In this document: in pieces, positions 39,701-50,424 of the stretch | Layout: every line of letters begins with the position of its first letter | Position numbering within the stretch: the stretch's first letter is position 1 | Assembly (NCBI GenBank): GCA_030704615.1 | Contig: CM060734.1 | Span: forward strand, 18,228,001-18,292,000 | From: Takakia lepidozioides | Lineage: Eukaryota > Plantae > Bryophyta | DNA: 64,000 nucleotides | Direction: 5' to 3' | Notes under the pieces: generated by a model | Database searches by the model: none | Told to the model about the DNA's origin: nothing | Seen by the model: the letters and a program-made list of their open reading frames with translations, nothing else | Made by a program: the position numbers and the translations under genes

Positions 39701-41953
39701 GAGATGCAGAAACAATGGCATGCCGCGCATCTGGTTGGATGCCCGTGGTACCTGGACATGTCTGGCGGAATTGTTGACGAGTCTGAGAAAGATCTGCACG
39801 CGAAAGCAGAAGAGAAGAGAAAGGAAAGACGTGTCCCTGCTCGGCCAGAGTCGGCAAAGGAAGCTGCTGCTCTGGAACAATCCAGAAAGGCAGCTGAGAT
39901 GGCACAGAAGACGGTGGATGCAGCTGTGCAGGCTCAACAGAAGGGGTCCAAGAAGCGGACTCGCCAGCAAGGAGCAGCAGTTGTGACACCCAAGAAAACG
40001 AAGAAGCAGAAACAGATAGTGCAGGTAGAGGGTGAGGAAGAGGACTCCGATGGAGACTTTGCAACCAGCCCACCCCCCGAGACGCAGCCAAAATCCCCTG
40101 TGCCCACCGTTGTCACGAGAGGGACGAGAACTGGCTCGGCAAAGAAGGCACTCTTCAACCCCCCGGGGGGGCACCCTTTCGAGCCGGTGGAAATGAAGAG
40201 GCCGAAAGTGGATCCCGATACAGTAGTCCAGTGTGTGAATGAGAGTTTCTTGGCGGCTTTGGATGGACGGGCAGCCAAGTTGGCATACATGAAGACCATG
40301 GAGGGTCTGAAGGGCAGAGCACTGAAGAAGGCGGCTGCCGAAGAGCCTTCCGACACCCCTGGGTTTCTGAAGATGGTCTCGTTCTTTGAGAGGGTGTGTG
40401 CAGACAAGGATTGCAGGAGGGGCGGAAATGCCACCGAGTGGTCTTGCGATATGATCATCTTGGATATTCCGGACGGAGAGCCTGTGGAAGGACTGCAAGC
40501 TTTGCCATCTTGGAACAGGTACTCCGAGGACTTTTGGAAGAAAGGATTCGGGCTCGCCCGCATGGTGTTGGACGACAGAGGCTGTGTGGTTGTCCTGGCG
40601 AGCAGAGGCAAAAACACGCAGACAGGAATTGCGAAGTGGACCCGCAAGAGCGCCGTCCCAATTCTGAAGAAGAAGTGGACGTGCATCAACACATTGGGCC
40701 TTCGGTCGGAAGGGAAGAAGGTAATTACGACCTTGGCACTCGTCCTTTCATTTTCTTAGGAGTTTTGAAATGCGGTGCCGCATTCGATTTCTAATCGTTC
40801 CCCACTGTGTATGCAGACGAAGCAGTTCGATGCATACTGCTTTGTGAAGGAGAACTCCACCTTTGCTTTCCGGAAGGAGGGATTGTTGGTTGACCCGAAC
40901 TGCGACCCCATCGATTACGACGTCCTGTTCAACAACGTTCCCACGGAACTTCTCCCTCATAGCCTCACTTCAACTGAACCCCTGCGGTATTCACGCACTC
41001 GGAGCCCTGCCTTCATTCAGACAATTATGGAGACATGCACTGACGTGGAGGGCACAGTGCTCGACCTCATCTGTGGGACAGGTATGCAGAATCTTGTTGT
41101 ATGCTATTCTGCAAACTCTCGTTATGCTTTCATTCGCAACATCTGAAGGGCCATGTCATAATGTGTGGATGGCATTGTAACAGGTGCCTCAATGTGGGCT
41201 GGGCGGTTTTCCGACCGGCACCTCTTTGCCTACGAGGAGGACACATCCGTCTGGGGATCCCATCTGGAAGGGCTGCAACGGAATGTGAAGGCTCCCATCG
41301 AAGCCAAGGACTCCTCGGATTCGTCGGAGTCGGAGGAAGAGACAGTGGACATTGATGCCGAGGAGAACCCGAATACGAGTGAGTGCAAACATTGTAAGTT
41401 TGCAAAGCCTTCTGGGTGATTTTTTGTCAAACGCATTTCCGGACTGTGGTTCTCATTGGTCTCGTTGGTGATTGTTATGTGCAGGATTCCAGGATCCGGG
41501 TCGAAACATGTAGGGCCTACACTTCCTGCCAGGAAGAATGTCCCGTTCTTTGCGAGGGCCGACTTCATGACGAGCCCGGTGAAGGACTACTCCCTTCCTA
41601 GTTATGCAGCTAAACTCGCAAATACAGCGATTAGACGATGTGAGAATCCCAGTAAAGTAGAGCAGATTTTGGAGAGGGCTAGGGAGGACAGAAGGATAAG
41701 GAAAGAGTTGGCAACAGCTGAGACAGGTAGACGGGTGCGAAAGTTCATATGTGATTCAGCGGATGAGAGCGATGCAGACAGGGAGGACGACGAGCCAACG
41801 GAGGTGAGATGGTCGGTTCCGCAAGGTGAAGATGGGATTTTCGAAAGCCTGGCCAACGAGCAGTCCGCTGGAGATGAGAAAGGCAATGACGGGGTGGAGG
41901 CGGAGCAGGACAGTCAAGGACAGGACGACGATAGTGATGATTTTCAAGATTAA
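36741..41953 (+). CDS. 10-exon, ~1,430-aa protein: low-complexity N-terminus, ParB/Srx-like domain, beta-class N6A/N4C DNA-methyltransferase-like domain, acidic tail
   Basis: Exons 36741-36911, ~37017-38265, 38378-38567, 38668-38952, 39034-39153, 39237-39454, 39601-40720, 40817-41081, 41184-41378, 41485-41953; all GT-AG and in phase after two 1-bp corrections supported by the duplicate. Motifs VWDGNHRLLAW; CDMIILDIPDG; ARMVLDDRGCVVV; spliced GTVLDLICGTGASMWAGRFSDRHLFAYEED. Confidence 0.8.
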
Positions 41954-42089
41954 TAGAATTTTAATGAACTCTCTGTACATTTAAATTCTATTCCAAAGTA
42001 TATAAAGGAAATTCTCCCCGTCCTTCATGTCCCCTCTCCCATTTGCCTCTCAACGACAACATCGTCCAAACCTGGTCCCTCCCAAAATC

Positions 42090-43134
42090 TGAAATGCGGC
42101 ACCGCATTTCAATGTCTGAACGGAAATGTGGCAACTGCAAAAACCTCGTTTGGAAATGCGGCACCGCATTTCCAAAACCGGGGCAAGAACAATTTTCCGT
42201 TTCATGGTTTGGACATCAGAAACTGTTCGGACAAACGGAAATGCGGTGCCGCATTTCCGTTTCCGACACGGCAGTTTTGCCGATTGCCAGCTCCTTCCAT
42301 GGATGTAAATCGAAATGCGGAGGTCGAACATGGAAATGCGGTGCCGCATTTACCTTTTGGAGATGGACATTTTTCCAACTGCAGACCCATCGACGTTCTT
42401 GGGCTCCCCATTCCATGATGCTAGACGGGAATGCGGCACCGCATTCCATTGTCCAATAAGAAATTTCGATGACGTACATGGAAATGCGGCGCCGCATTTC
42501 CAAAACGGACATCGTTGTTTGCCCAATTCCAGACCCTTTGACGGAAATGCGGCACCGCATTCCATCGTCCTATAAAAACTTACATTGTCCTATAAAAACT
42601 TTCGATTGCCCAACATGAAAATGCGGCGCCGCATTTCCAAAACAGACATCGTTGTTTGTCCAATTCCAGACCCGTGTGGGCATTCCGTCTTGATGGACGG
42701 AAATGCGGCACCGCATTCCATTGTCCGATTCGATATTTTGATGACAGACATGGAAATGCGGTGCCGCATTTCCAGAACTTCCATCGTTGTTTGTCCAATT
42801 CCAGACCCTTCGACGGAAATGCGGCACCGCATTCCATTGTGCTCTCCGGAAATGTTGTGCCGCATTTCATTGTCCGGTACGAAATTTCGATGACGGACAT
42901 GGAAATGCGGTGCCGCATTTCAAGTATGGACATGGACAAGCATTAGCGACTGGACATGCTTGGACAGTTCAAGGTCCAATATGGAAATGCGGCGCCGCAT
43001 TTCAAATTCGAAGTATGGTAATGCCATGTCAGGAAATGAAATGTTGTACAACATTTCCGTTACGACGACAACGGAGGAAAGGGAGCTGCCAGAAATCGCT
43101 GCATGGAGAAAAATGAATGCGGTGCCGAATTTCC
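42090..43134. repeat. Palindrome array 2 (~16 full or degenerate copies)
   Basis: Starts include 42090, 42152, 42237, 42332, 42427, 42480, 42543, 42617, 42699, 42752, 42815, 42848, 42901, 42983. Confidence 0.95.
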
Positions 43135-43410
43135 GAGCTTCGGCGTGTACATGTTTCCTACAACTCATACATGGATTTTCTTCACCTCAGGACTCTGATA
43201 TCGCTGACTCTGGTATAGTCATATGGACAGACACATTGTACAAATGAGACCTCAAATTGTAAACAGTGGGCCAATTACGGCAGTTCTTGAACACGATGAA
43301 ACACAAGCACACAGAAGTGAGGTACGATGGGTTGTTTTATTGATCGAACACGGTGTCTCACATTTAGCAACTCCAGACAAATCTAAGCCCTTCCTCCTTC
43401 TACATGGGCG

Positions 43411-43988
43411 TCACCAAGTCGACGGAACTTCGATAGCCCTCAAAACAAGCTCATTACTGATGCGGCACCTCGAGGTAAACTGCAATGCGGTCGATCTGGT
43501 GCCCTTGGTGGAGCTGACGACAATGTCATGCCCATCAATCATACCACCATCATACATTGACAAGGTCACTGTGGGCCTCCTGTGCCCGTGCGATTCGTCT
43601 TCGCAACTCAGCCGAATGTCTCCATACACTGGAAAAGCGGAGTGAACTCCACGAATATAGTTTTCCCCGGTGCCGTCCTCCCTGGTCCACTGGCAGCAGT
43701 TCCAGCGCCAAAGTGAGGCCGTGCGTGATCTGTCCGGCATCCCATTCCACCTTGGTATATCGAGGTCAACAATTTTCAGGACCCAAGGACCGCATTGACC
43801 CTCGCCCTCACCTCGCTCAAAGCGGTAATAGCCCTCCAGATACTCCATTGCGCGCAAAGACTCCCGCTTGATTCCAGAAGCGTCTGTGAAAACAGAGAGC
43901 CAGACAATGATGTCTCCTGATTCTGGTTTGAACATAGCATAATCGTGGCCATGATAAGGGCAGTCAGCAGGATTTGGCGGCACGGCAT
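43411..43988 (-). CDS. Unknown cargo protein U1 (conserved core; 5' end uncertain)
   Basis: Paralogous to U2: DCPY-G-DYAM, SGDI, EYL-G-Y-FERG, PW, RWNCCQWT, YGDIR, DGGMI-G-DIVV, ELVLRA-EVP. Confidence 0.7.
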
Positions 43989-44393
43989 CCCTGAAAAAGA
44001 GTAGCGAAGTACGCTCAATGACAGCAGCTCCCGGATGGAGGAGGCAGCAGCGCGGTGGCTGGAAGAAATTCAAGCAAACGCTGCAATTCCTCACAAACAC
44101 TCCAGGGCACATTTAAATTTCCCCCCGACAGGAACCTGCACGGATGAAGATTGGCTCATCCATGAATGTAGCCGTTTCAGTTTCCTTCCCTGCCATGCAA
44201 ACTATGGGCAGTAAGTGCCAGGTGGGCCTATAGCAACTCGAGACGACGAAGTCCATCCCCCCTTCAATGTAAATGCGGCGCCGAATTTCCATCCGGGGGA
44301 TGGACTTCGGTGGCAGATTTCAAACTATACCCCTGGATGAGAAAGACGTATCGGTTCATCCACCGCTGGCGTGATGAACACGTTACACGATGA

Positions 44394-45107
44394 TTGGTGG
44401 GTACTTGTGACCCAGATGCTCCATTATTGGAGCCCGCACTGCTCTTCCGCTTCTCATCATTTCGAAAATCTAAGGGCTTCGTTGCTGTCCGCAAGGTCAT
44501 TGTCATCGGCATCAAAGACGTCCTCAGGTCCTCCTTTGCAAGGATGCCGTGCTTCCGGAACCGGGACGACTGCCCTTATGGAGGCATCGATTATGCAATG
44601 TATTCGGCCACATCGGGAGACATCGTTATCTGGTACACAGATTACACAGAAGATACTGGTTCGAATGTGGAAACATTGTCCGCTTTTGAGTATCTCCCAG
44701 GCCAGTACGCCTTCGAGCGGGGTGACGATCTTGGTCTGAGGAGTCCGTGGCTCCTGCGCATCCTTGATTCCGATTTTCCCAGCTACGACGGGCACCCATG
44801 CAGAAGAATGCGCACTGCTATGCTGTTGCGGTGGAACTGCTGCCAGTGGACGTGGGTGGACTCCATCGGAGAGACTTATACTCCTGAAGGAGTGCGCTCA
44901 TCTTCTCCATTGTATGGGGACATTCGCATTGGTGTGGACGACGAAAACGTGAAGCTTTCCATATTCGATGGTGGTATGATTGAAGGGCAGGACATTGTGG
45001 TGAACATCAACAGGGGCGGTACAGCGGCTGCAATCCAGTTTACCTGGAGGAGCCCGATGACTCATGAGCTTGTTCTCAGAGCAGTCGAAGTCCCATTGAC
45101 AACGTGA
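44394..45107 (+). CDS. Unknown cargo protein U2 (homology to U1 starts at MPC, 44544)
   Basis: Open 237-codon frame with protein-level conservation against U1. Confidence 0.72.
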   Translation: MVGTCDPDAPLLEPALLFRFSSFRKSKGFVAVRKVIVIGIKDVLRSSFARMPCFRNRDDCPYGGIDYAMYSATSGDIVIWYTDYTEDTGSNVETLSAFEYLPGQYAFERGDDLGLRSPWLLRILDSDFPSYDGHPCRRMRTAMLLRWNCCQWTWVDSIGETYTPEGVRSSSPLYGDIRIGVDDENVKLSIFDGGMIEGQDIVVNINRGGTAAAIQFTWRSPMTHELVLRAVEVPLTT

Positions 45108-48100
45108 CTTGTATTCAGAAGGCACAGGGCTAAAGATTTGTTTGCACAATCAGCACAGTAGACGTGCTTCAAATGCAATTCATGTGGATCAATAAAAACC
45201 CCATTGTGTCTGATCTTTTTGTTCTTATTCTGTATCCATCGTTCCCAGAATGCATCATTCCTCATTTCGTTTGCGATTGGGAGTGTGGGTGGATTTTGCA
45301 AGTGGCTGGTAGGCTGAAATGGGCCCCCATTGTCCAGAGCAGTAGCACCCTACCATTCGCGAAACATTGCCTTTCAATATGTAATTCTAAAAAACATTGC
45401 CGAACCTCCTTCATCGGGAGGTCCTTCTCCCCCTATGACCGTGACACCCTAAACCCTATTCCCGCGGACACTCATTTCCGGAAAATAGTCCTGCTCATGT
45501 TTTTTTTGACACTTACGACTCTGCTCATGGCTCATGGCTCATGAAATAGCAGCCCCCCACAACTTGCCAACGTGGGACATGCCAATGGCAGAAAATTCAT
45601 TACCTAAACCTGCCCCCATTGGTTTTGTACACATGTGGTACCCAAAAACATGGGCTAGGTAGACACTAAAGGGTTGATAAAAGTTTATGTCCTGTTTGTT
45701 GCTTCATGAATTTCGGAGTTAAGGTCCCTTCATTGGCCTCATCTTTCCATTACCAGAGCTTATGTGTAGCTAAAAGGTAAAACTCTACATTCTGATGTAA
45801 GTGTTGATGTACCTTTGCTTGTCACGGCTTGTTTTGTTTTTTGACCTTGGAGAGTTGAGATTGTAGGCATGTTTATTTCTATGGTTCCTTTGTAACCAGA
45901 AGTAAAAGCCACAAAGAAGAGGGAGGTCATTTCTGTGATGGGGTCAGGTATGCACTCCCTTACGGGGTGAGTGCATACCACACTCACTCCATAAGGAGCT
46001 GCCATACCAGGGGATGGTTGGTGGGTTCCCTCTCTCTCCCTCCCTCCATGGATCTGGCTGGTTCTTTTAAAACTTGATAGTTTAAGACCAGTGGTATGTT
46101 ACCTAACCCCTAATTAACCTTCTTGGAATTTGGTTAATTTCGGTTATTTACATTACCCGGATTTTTGGTATAAGGTCGGGATCCTAATGGAGCCATCCTA
46201 TTCTTTAATTTTTTCATCCATAAATGGATGTCATCCTCAGAGGATGACACAGATGAAAAATCGAGAGACAATTTCATCCAACGCGGATGAAATCACGATA
46301 GATTTCATCCTGCGCGGTAGAGTTCATCCCGTGTGATGGATTTCATCCCGAATGGATGAAATCGCGGGAAATCGCGCTTCATCTCTTCCCTGCCCTAACC
46401 CTCTCCACGACGATCGTGCTTAAGGGATGGCTGGAGCTGAGAGATGGCGGCGGGGGGCGTATGGAGCTCGATTCAAGCGCCCTTGAATGCCATGGAGCTG
46501 CGCCATTAAGGCATTTAGGTGTTCTCGCAAGATTAAGTACCTTCTTCCCCTCTTGGGGTGCGCAATGGCGGCAGTACCTGCAATTTCCCTGTGGCGGTTG
46601 TCTCTAATGCTTGGCGGGCGATCTACCTGTGTTGTGGTTGCTTGCTGTGACCTTCATTGATCATTAAGATACAAGCGGCGATCTTAAGGCCTCAGGGAAG
46701 TGTCTGAACTCTTTAAGTTTGGGCGATTCACTTTCTTTGTGCATGCTTTGTACATTTTGTTGTGCATTCTTGTTTGCTGGTCTTGAGAGCTATGGCGCAG
46801 GCCTCTCTTCCACAAGCCATCGAGGTATTGGCTTGCATATGCTCTGTTTCCTTTTTGCCCCTGCTTTGTATTGCATGTTGTACAACGATAACAAGCGTGA
46901 GATCTGCGATTCACCCGGGGTTCCACATCGTCTCTAACTTAATTGTTTCTGATTGCATGTGATGGGACCAGGTGAGGGTCCTCACTTAACATGGATTTTA
47001 AAGCTTGAAGTTGATTGGAATCGAGTTGAAGAAGCGACGCCATCTGTATCTTTGGGGGAGAACAATCCTTTCTTCCTCTTTCCTTTGATCTTGATGGCTC
47101 CTATGTTTAACCTAGTATGGTGGACAATCAATCATTAGGGCAACTATCTCTTGTTCCCTATGGCATACTGATGTGACAATGGAGCAATGATATTAAAGAG
47201 ATCTGGTAACATGCTACAATGTAGGGCATACCTGTTTTCATGACCAGATAGTGTTCTTGAATGTACAAGCATTGGAAACTTAGCCTCTTTTAGAAGCTGG
47301 TTACTTTAGGACACTTGATACCATGCCAAACTGATATGGATGTGGTTATGTCTTGGTATGTAAGCTGACCAAAAAATAGAGACTGAATGACATGGCATGT
47401 CATGAATGGCACTTTTTAGCATGTTGAACAATGGTTTCCTGCTATGAACAGTGGTAATTGAGTCTCTATTTTTTCCCACCCCCCCCACCCAGAGACTTCA
47501 TTGACTTTGAAGTCTGGGATTTGTCATAAAGCTGACTTGTGAATGAAGAATGGTTGACAATGCCTTGTTGTGAGGCTGATTTGTCGTTAATTTTACAGTG
47601 ACCTTGTCAGGTCTTTGTCCATGTCTCGACAAGACATAAGTATCTTCCCTCTCTGATTTAGACCAGTGTACTTGGTGGTTCTTGTACACATTATCAACCA
47701 ATCTCCCTTCTGTTTTCAGTTTTATGTTTGATTTACTAACACCTTGGTCCGAGCATGACAAAAGGTTATCAAATATGTTCCTGATTGAAGTGATGAACCC
47801 AAGGCAATGGGAAGGCCAAAGCCATGAGATATCAGCCTCCTCTCCCGCCATGACCGTGGTGTGGAGCAAGCAAGTCGTTCATAAGGTAAGATCTTCTCCA
47901 ACAAAAATATGTTGGCTAATTGGGCATGGAGAGTAAGGCATCCTTGAAGGTACCTGAGATAAGCACAGAACATCTATAGGGCTTCTGAATGCTGAAATTT
48001 TGAGCTAGGCCTTGGTAAGACAGCTTGCTGGAGTAGACGTGTACACCTTATACATGATCCGGTCAATGCACATTACTCTTGTTTGCCGGTCCCCTGTAGC

Positions 48101-48299
48101 CGATGCCTTATGTCAGATTTAGATACCTTATGATAAGAATGAGTTCCATTTCTTTGGCTCAAATCGTTTCTCATGGTTATGGCTTTGCTCTTTATAGGCA
48201 CCATAAAAAATACCCAATTCTGATATGCTGTTGGTAGATGTTTTGTCTGAATACCAGGTGGTAAACCCCTGCCAGACTTCATTACCTAAGTCCCAATAA

Positions 48300-49270
48300 G
48301 CTTTCATGTAAGCTTGTCTGACTCCATCAACCACTTGAGTGACTAGTGATCCGTGACAAGGGTGAAGAGGTTGCCGTATAGGTAGCACCTGAAGTGTGCC
48401 ACGGCCCACACTGTAGCTAAGCACTCTTTCGTAGGAGCTGTACTTTGCTTCTATAGCATTGTTCGAGCGGCTAGCATAAGCCACTACGAACTCTCTCCCC
48501 TCATCATCCACATGTGTGAGCACCGCTCCAAAGCATGCTCCAATCCGTATGCAACTGAAAAAGATGCCCCCTGATAGGTCGTCTCAAGATAGGTGCTGAG
48601 GTCAACCTCGTCTTGAGCTCCTGAAAAGCTCGTTCCTGCTCATCTTCCCACTGCCACTCCTGGTCTACCTTGTTCAGCTTGGTTAGAGCCTTTGCAATAG
48701 CACTAAATCCGCCAACCCCATGAAAGCTCAAACTCGGCTCATGTCCGTGGGGCGTGGAATCTGTGCAATGGCCTCTATCCTTAGTCTGCTGTACCCCCAA
48801 TCCTCCAGGATATATCACGTGACCCAGATATTCAATCTGGTTGTGGAAAAACTTGCACTTTCCCGGATGTAACTTCAATCCTTGCGCCCTCAAGCGCTCA
48901 AATACCACCTGAAGGTGTCTCTTATGCTCCTCCACCATAGCACTGAAAATGATAATATCATCTATATAACACTGAGCAAACTCCACCCCTGCCAGAATCC
49001 TGTCCATGACTATCTGGAACTCTGCAGGAGCATTTGTCAGCCCGAATGGTAAGAATTGCCACTGATATAGACAATCCTTGCCGTGCTCATTGATCCCCCA
49101 GAATGTCGTTTTCTGCTTGTCCGCCTCCTTGATCGACAACTGGTGATATCCGGATCGCAAATCCAAAGTGCTAAAGATCTTTGCATGCTTAATGGCATCA
49201 AAGATCTCCTCCGGCGTTGGCATGACATACCTATCGGACTTGATCTGACGATTTACAGGTCGATAATCCC
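48300..49270 (-). mobile_element. Ty3/gypsy RT-RNase H fragment
   Basis: CGDYRPVN..LDLRSGYHQ..LPFGLTNAP..YIDD; RNase H FQLHTDWS..VVAYASR. Confidence 0.92.
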
Positions 49271-49695
49271 CGCATGGATATTGGAGGTTTCGTGATCCAT
49301 ATGGGTCGTGTACCATTGTCTTCAAGATTGTGTTGAAAAGAATGAGATGAAGTTCAGGATCCGGAAACTCTGCACAAACGATTCGATCTACTGCTGCTCC
49401 ATCAACCACTTTGTCTTCTGCTGCAAAGAATATAAGAAAGTGCATGTGGAACAATCATCGTTTCAGAAATTCAATTGTATAGACATGCGCCACAGTTTGT
49501 CCTGCAAGTACATTGATTTTCAAAATATCTCGAAGTAAAGTCCTTGGGGTGCCCTTGACTTCTGCTTGAAAATACGGGCAACCAGATCAATGTCGATGTA
49601 CCGTTTTCTGTTGTGGCAGTAATGCAACTTTGATCTCGGGCCACTCAGGGTTTGCAGTCATTGTTCCAAACATGTCAGGGTGCTTGAAATAGCGC

Positions 49696-50394
49696 CCCGG
49701 GGAAGTCACTCTCTATCACTTGTATAGGGCACGTGAGATAAATGGATATTTTGTAGGGGGGTATTATTTTTATTTTTACATAATTTTATAATATGATGAA
49801 TTTTTGGTATGCTATTTTAATTATATTTTATTATTTAAAACAAATAGTAAACATCCTATATTAATAATACAATTTTTTAAAAAAATCCCTTGAAGCTTCT
49901 CCTCGTTCTGTCAACCCCCTGACCCTCCTCATATTCTGTCTGCCGCTGCTGCTTCTCGTGCTTCCAGTCAACATCCACCCAAGCAGGTTTCTCGTAGCTA
50001 TTAATCCACAGGATTCGAAGGTAATCAAATCCGGCCCTCACGGATGACAATCGACAGGAAATTCCTCCCTTACCATTAAAAAAAGGTGAAACCCCCGCGT
50101 TCAAACCCTTGCCCTTACCATTAGACCCTAAACTCTAAATGCACGAGACGTGTCCACGGACTAATCACTGGACGACACGTGCCCACATGCATTATCTCAA
50201 CCCTATAATAATCTTAATTTTTTGTAAAAATGAGTCATTATTTTATATCATATATTCATTTAAATTCCCTAATCATATTATAATGTACCAATTATTAATT
50301 TTAAATATTTCCTAATTTTTATCTTTTCAAAATAAATTGCACCCTATATCTTTTTGCACGTCGGTTGGAAATATTTGGAAGTGACTTCCCCAAG
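49696..50394. mobile_element. ~0.7 kb MITE with 15-bp TIRs and 8-bp TSD
   Basis: TIR CCCGGGGAAGTCACT / CTTGGGGAAGTCACT; flanks AATAGCGC / AATAACGC; the Helitron reading resumes across it. Confidence 0.8.
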
Positions 50395-50424
50395 AATAAC
50401 GCGTGATGGCCATAAAATCTTGCA

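Larger units (their letters stand above)
30365..45557. mobile_element. Apparently full-length ~15.2 kb MULE-like element, family B
   Basis: Left end ACTATTTCAGGAGC plus CATGAGC repeats; right end (reverse complement) GGGGGCTGCTATTTCATGAGC plus CATGAGC repeats; CACAACTT on both sides (30357-30364, 45558-45565); contains a MULE transposase. Confidence 0.85.

Noticed and set aside
36741-41953. Bacterial or phage contamination as the source of the ParB/MTase gene
   Set aside because: Nine in-phase GT-AG introns and embedding in a TSD-flanked plant transposon.
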